DNA of 64,000 bases from Candidatus Poribacteria bacterium (GTDB lineage: Bacteria > Poribacteria > WGA-4E > WGA-3G): NCBI GenBank assembly GCA_965214095.1, contig OZ243938.1, forward strand, positions 3,872,001-3,936,000. Reading direction: 5' to 3'. Positions 60,790 to 64,000 of this stretch are shown piece by piece. The notes under the pieces were generated by a model. That model was not told the origin of the DNA and did not search any database. It saw nothing but the letters and a program-made list of their open reading frames with translations. Position 1 is the first letter of the stretch; each line of letters starts with the position of its first letter. The translations under genes were made by a program, and so were the position numbers.

Positions 60790-60861
60790 TAAAGAAGATT
60801 AGGACCAAAAAATCTTTTCAGTATAGTCATTTCAAATAACAACAACTCGTGGAGAGAGATT

Positions 60862-61785
60862 TTGCAAACTTATTTTAATTTGGAATCTATCCCTGATTTT
60901 ACGCAGGATGCGGTGGTTACCTTTGGGGTATTTGACGGATTACATATTGGTCACCAAGATGTCCTTGACAAGGTTCGTGAACGTGCAACTGCGGAAAGAC
61001 TGGTAAGTGTTCTCTTCGGGTTTTATCCACATCCGCTGTCATATCTTGCTCCAAAGAATTGTCCACCAGTCTTAATGTGCTTACCCAAACGTATTGAAAT
61101 CCTTGAAGAACTTGGTTTTGATATCGCAATATTCGCGAACTTCAATGAAAAGATCGCTACTATGTCGCCAAAAACTTTTGTAGACGACATTCTACGAAAG
61201 TTATGCCGTGCTAAACATATAGTTGTTGGTTATGCATGTCAATTTGGCAAGGATAGAGAAGGGAATGCGGAGTTATTGGAATCTATAGGACAGCAATCTG
61301 GATTCGGTGTATCTGTTGTCCCTCCTACGCAGCTCAATGGCTTCCCTGTACATAGCACCCGTATTCGTCACGCAATCGCGAGGGGTGACCTCGGTTTAGC
61401 ATCGCAACTGTTGGGTAGAAACTATTCAATGAGCGGTACTATTGTTCAAGGTGATGGCCGCGGCAGTCAAATCGGATTTCCAACTGCAAATATTGAACCG
61501 GGTGAACAGATCTGCCCACCGAACGGTGTCTACGCAATCCGTGCCAAAGTAATAAATCAATGGTTTGACGGTGTTTTGAATATCGGGATTCGACCTACAT
61601 TTGATGGGACGAAATTTCAAGTAGAAAGCCACTTATTCAATTTCGACGAAATCGTATACGGTGAAACTATTGAGATATGTTTTATTGAAAAAATACGGAG
61701 TGAACGGAAATTCTCAGATATGCATGCTTTAGTTAAGCAGATACATCGGGATATTGCTGTTGCAAATGAAATACTCGCTCAGTAA
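60862..61785 (+). CDS. ribF: Bifunctional riboflavin kinase/FAD synthetase
   Basis: G.FDGLH.GHQ, STRIR, GFPTAN, P..GVYA, NIG.RPT, E.H, R.E.KF. Confidence 0.95.
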   Translation: MQTYFNLESIPDFTQDAVVTFGVFDGLHIGHQDVLDKVRERATAERLVSVLFGFYPHPLSYLAPKNCPPVLMCLPKRIEILEELGFDIAIFANFNEKIATMSPKTFVDDILRKLCRAKHIVVGYACQFGKDREGNAELLESIGQQSGFGVSVVPPTQLNGFPVHSTRIRHAIARGDLGLASQLLGRNYSMSGTIVQGDGRGSQIGFPTANIEPGEQICPPNGVYAIRAKVINQWFDGVLNIGIRPTFDGTKFQVESHLFNFDEIVYGETIEICFIEKIRSERKFSDMHALVKQIHRDIAVANEILAQ

Positions 61786-61807
61786 CCTTTACTGCATCCG
61801 ATAAAGA

Positions 61808-62443
61808 TTAAATCCTATTTCCAACCCACAACACACCACGTCGTATTACTTCTTGAAAACTTGGGTTCTCAAGCACGACCATATCGTGTCCAAGTGCATA
61901 ATAGAACACCCTTCCCTCACCATAAGTGTGATGGAACGCCATGACGTGTGTTTCATCTTTGGTATTATCATAGGCATGCATCAGATGATGTGAGGCATCG
62001 GGATTGTGCTTCAAATAGTAAAGTTCATCCTTTACATCATAGTCATCTAATCCTTGTGTGATAGGGTGATCAACATCGCTCACATTGACGGTAAAGTCCA
62101 TATAAGGACTATGTCCGTTGAAAAACCCATTGAGCATGCTGTGATAACCTTCAGATTCCCTAAAGGACGCGGCAGCTGTATGCAGTCCAAAAAAACCACC
62201 ACCTGAACTTATATAACTTAGCAATCCTTCCTCTTGTCCTGCTGTGAGTTCACCAACATCCGTGTAGAATAACACAGTCTGATATGCATCAAGACCATCA
62301 GCGAGCACATTGTAGTCTTGTGAGAAATCTGCTTTAATATTATCTGATTCATTGAGCATAGCAGTGATATATTTACCATTTCCTTCATGCTCGTGGTAAA
62401 TACCTTCTGTTCCAACAAATATGAGTGTTTTAAGGCTATCCAT
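61808..62443 (-). CDS. ThuA (trehalose utilisation)/class I GATase-like domain protein
   Basis: GGGFFGLH, HPITQGL...DELY, GEGRVFY.ALGH. Confidence 0.85.
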   Translation of the reverse strand: MDSLKTLIFVGTEGIYHEHEGNGKYITAMLNESDNIKADFSQDYNVLADGLDAYQTVLFYTDVGELTAGQEEGLLSYISSGGGFFGLHTAAASFRESEGYHSMLNGFFNGHSPYMDFTVNVSDVDHPITQGLDDYDVKDELYYLKHNPDASHHLMHAYDNTKDETHVMAFHHTYGEGRVFYYALGHDMVVLENPSFQEVIRRGVLWVGNRI

Positions 62444-62457
62444 TTATTATCTCCGTA

Positions 62458-63489
62458 TTATTTATTTGGCATAACAAGCACTTTCACAGATCCGTGTTCA
62501 TCTCTTCCCGCTGCAACCGCAAATGCTTCAGATATTTCACCCAACTGGAATTGATGCGTAACTAACGGACTCGGGTCAAGTTTTCCTGCAGCGAGCAGAT
62601 CAATCGCAACCTGAAATTCAGTTTTTCCTCCGCGTCTCCCGTAGCAAAATGACCATAAAATAGTAAGTTCTTTGCTGCGAGCAAATCTTTCTGAAAAGGT
62701 GAGTGGTGCGCCATGTCCACCTACCATGCAGACACGTCCCCGTTTCGCCGCTATTTGCGTTGCCTGTTCTAATGTATTCGCTTTCCCACCGACCGCTTCA
62801 AAAACAACATCTGCCCCGCGTCCATCACTCCACTCCATCACAGCAGTTACTGCGTCGGTCTCATCCACATTTATTGGTACTGCATCAACTGCTTTGTGTG
62901 CAATCTGTATCGGTGCATCCGGTTTTCCTAAAACAGCAATAGACGTTGCACCCGCTACATCTGCTACCTGTGCAATCGTCAATCCGACAGGTCCACTACC
63001 AATAATTGCAACACGATCACCGGGTGAGACCATCGCCCTATTGACAGCATGGACAGCCACGGCATACACCTCTGCTAATGCACCACCTTCAACGGAAACA
63101 CTGGCGGGAAGAAAATAAGCATTTGATGTGGACGCGACCATATACTCCGCAAAACCACCACCCGCATGCCGTAAATTAGAACAGATGTTGTAGTAACCGT
63201 TCAAACACTCTGGACAGGTGTTGCAGGGACTTATCGGTTCAATTGCAACTCGCGCTCCGGCTTTATGTTCAGTAACATCCTTGCCAATATCTACGATTTC
63301 TCCTGCAAGTTCATGTCCACCGATACGGGGAGATTGCGGTTTTTCTGGTTGTCGATGGTATCCGTGTAGGTCGCTGCCGCATATTCCAGCTGCATCCACC
63401 TTAACGAGGACCTGCTCTGGGGTGGGTGTCGGGTCGGGTACTGTTTCAACCCTGATGTCTTTTCCACCGTAAAATAGGGCTGCTTTCAT
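62458..63489 (-). CDS. Zinc-dependent alcohol/sugar-alcohol dehydrogenase (MDR family)
   Basis: GICGSDLH, GHE, C..C..C...C structural Zn site, GSGPVG. Confidence 0.92.
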   Translation of the reverse strand: MKAALFYGGKDIRVETVPDPTPTPEQVLVKVDAAGICGSDLHGYHRQPEKPQSPRIGGHELAGEIVDIGKDVTEHKAGARVAIEPISPCNTCPECLNGYYNICSNLRHAGGGFAEYMVASTSNAYFLPASVSVEGGALAEVYAVAVHAVNRAMVSPGDRVAIIGSGPVGLTIAQVADVAGATSIAVLGKPDAPIQIAHKAVDAVPINVDETDAVTAVMEWSDGRGADVVFEAVGGKANTLEQATQIAAKRGRVCMVGGHGAPLTFSERFARSKELTILWSFCYGRRGGKTEFQVAIDLLAAGKLDPSPLVTHQFQLGEISEAFAVAAGRDEHGSVKVLVMPNK

Positions 63490-63537
63490 AATTCCAAAAT
63501 CCTAAATTGTCTAAACTATATCTTCTCTAACACATCG

Positions 63538-64000
63538 TTACTTCTTAACATATCTCCACCCATCAATAAGCACAGGAATCCCTCTAATCAAGCACATCAC
63601 AACAGTAATGTATGCAAGTATCAAAGACACCAACATAAAGGAATCAGTGACAATGATAGGGATGTTTGGAAAGGCATCTGTGTATTTGAGAACATACACG
63701 GTCGGAAGCAGAAGAAACATAACCGTCTTGGCTACGCCATAAACTGAGCGGGATATACGCGAACTCGTCAATGCACGCGCCCACGGAATAGTCATCATAT
63801 CAAATGGTGCTTTTCCTTCTGTCAGAGCAATACTGCGCACACCGTCTGTCAGAAGACCGCGAGTCACAACAACTATTGGCATCCAAAGAGGTATGAATTC
63901 TATCTTATAAGCAAAATATATCCACAATACATTTTCAACAATCCTGTCAGCAACAATATCAAAGACAGCACCGAATGTGGAGGTCTGATTCTTTTTACGC
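63538..64000 (-). CDS. CDP-alcohol phosphatidyltransferase family protein (5' end outside window)
   Basis: The frame stays open to the window edge: RKKNQTSTFGAVFDIVADRIVE, the CDP-OH transferase G...D...D motif. Confidence 0.8.
   Translation of the reverse strand, partial: RKKNQTSTFGAVFDIVADRIVENVLWIYFAYKIEFIPLWMPIVVVTRGLLTDGVRSIALTEGKAPFDMMTIPWARALTSSRISRSVYGVAKTVMFLLLPTVYVLKYTDAFPNIPIIVTDSFMLVSLILAYITVVMCLIRGIPVLIDGWRYVKK

Overview
A 64-kb, AT-rich bacterial chromosomal window. The gene content (three PhyH dioxygenases, a sulfatase, LRR/Ig/lamin-tail secreted proteins with a 'PNFPNPFNPETWIPYQLA' C-terminal domain, a CRTAC1/ASPIC-UnbV protein, dense REP-like repeats) suggests Candidatus Poribacteria; this is an inference. 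Housekeeping blocks are rph-rdgB-efp-accB-accC...pncB and rimP-nusA-ylxR-infB-DUF503-rbfA-nrnA-ribF. Main highlights: (1) a 523-bp IS608-like IS200/IS605 element with no intact tnpA/tnpB, which carries its own sigma70 promoter and a hairpin-rich interior and splits a GNAT gene whose frame is restored exactly on excision; (2) a specialised GrpE-Hsp70 module followed by two paralogous proteins fusing a non-HPD J-like domain to a non-catalytic FGE/CLec domain; (3) a dispersed family of TIR-bounded miniature elements enclosing REP-like hairpins, one copy of which is a recombinant; (4) a sigma54 promoter with twin palindromic enhancer sites; (5) an IS5/ISL2-like insertion in a LolA-like gene directly upstream of two giant LRR genes; (6) a probable CC-adding enzyme. 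No rRNA, tRNA or CRISPR array was seen. All family calls come from motif recognition by eye, with no database searches.
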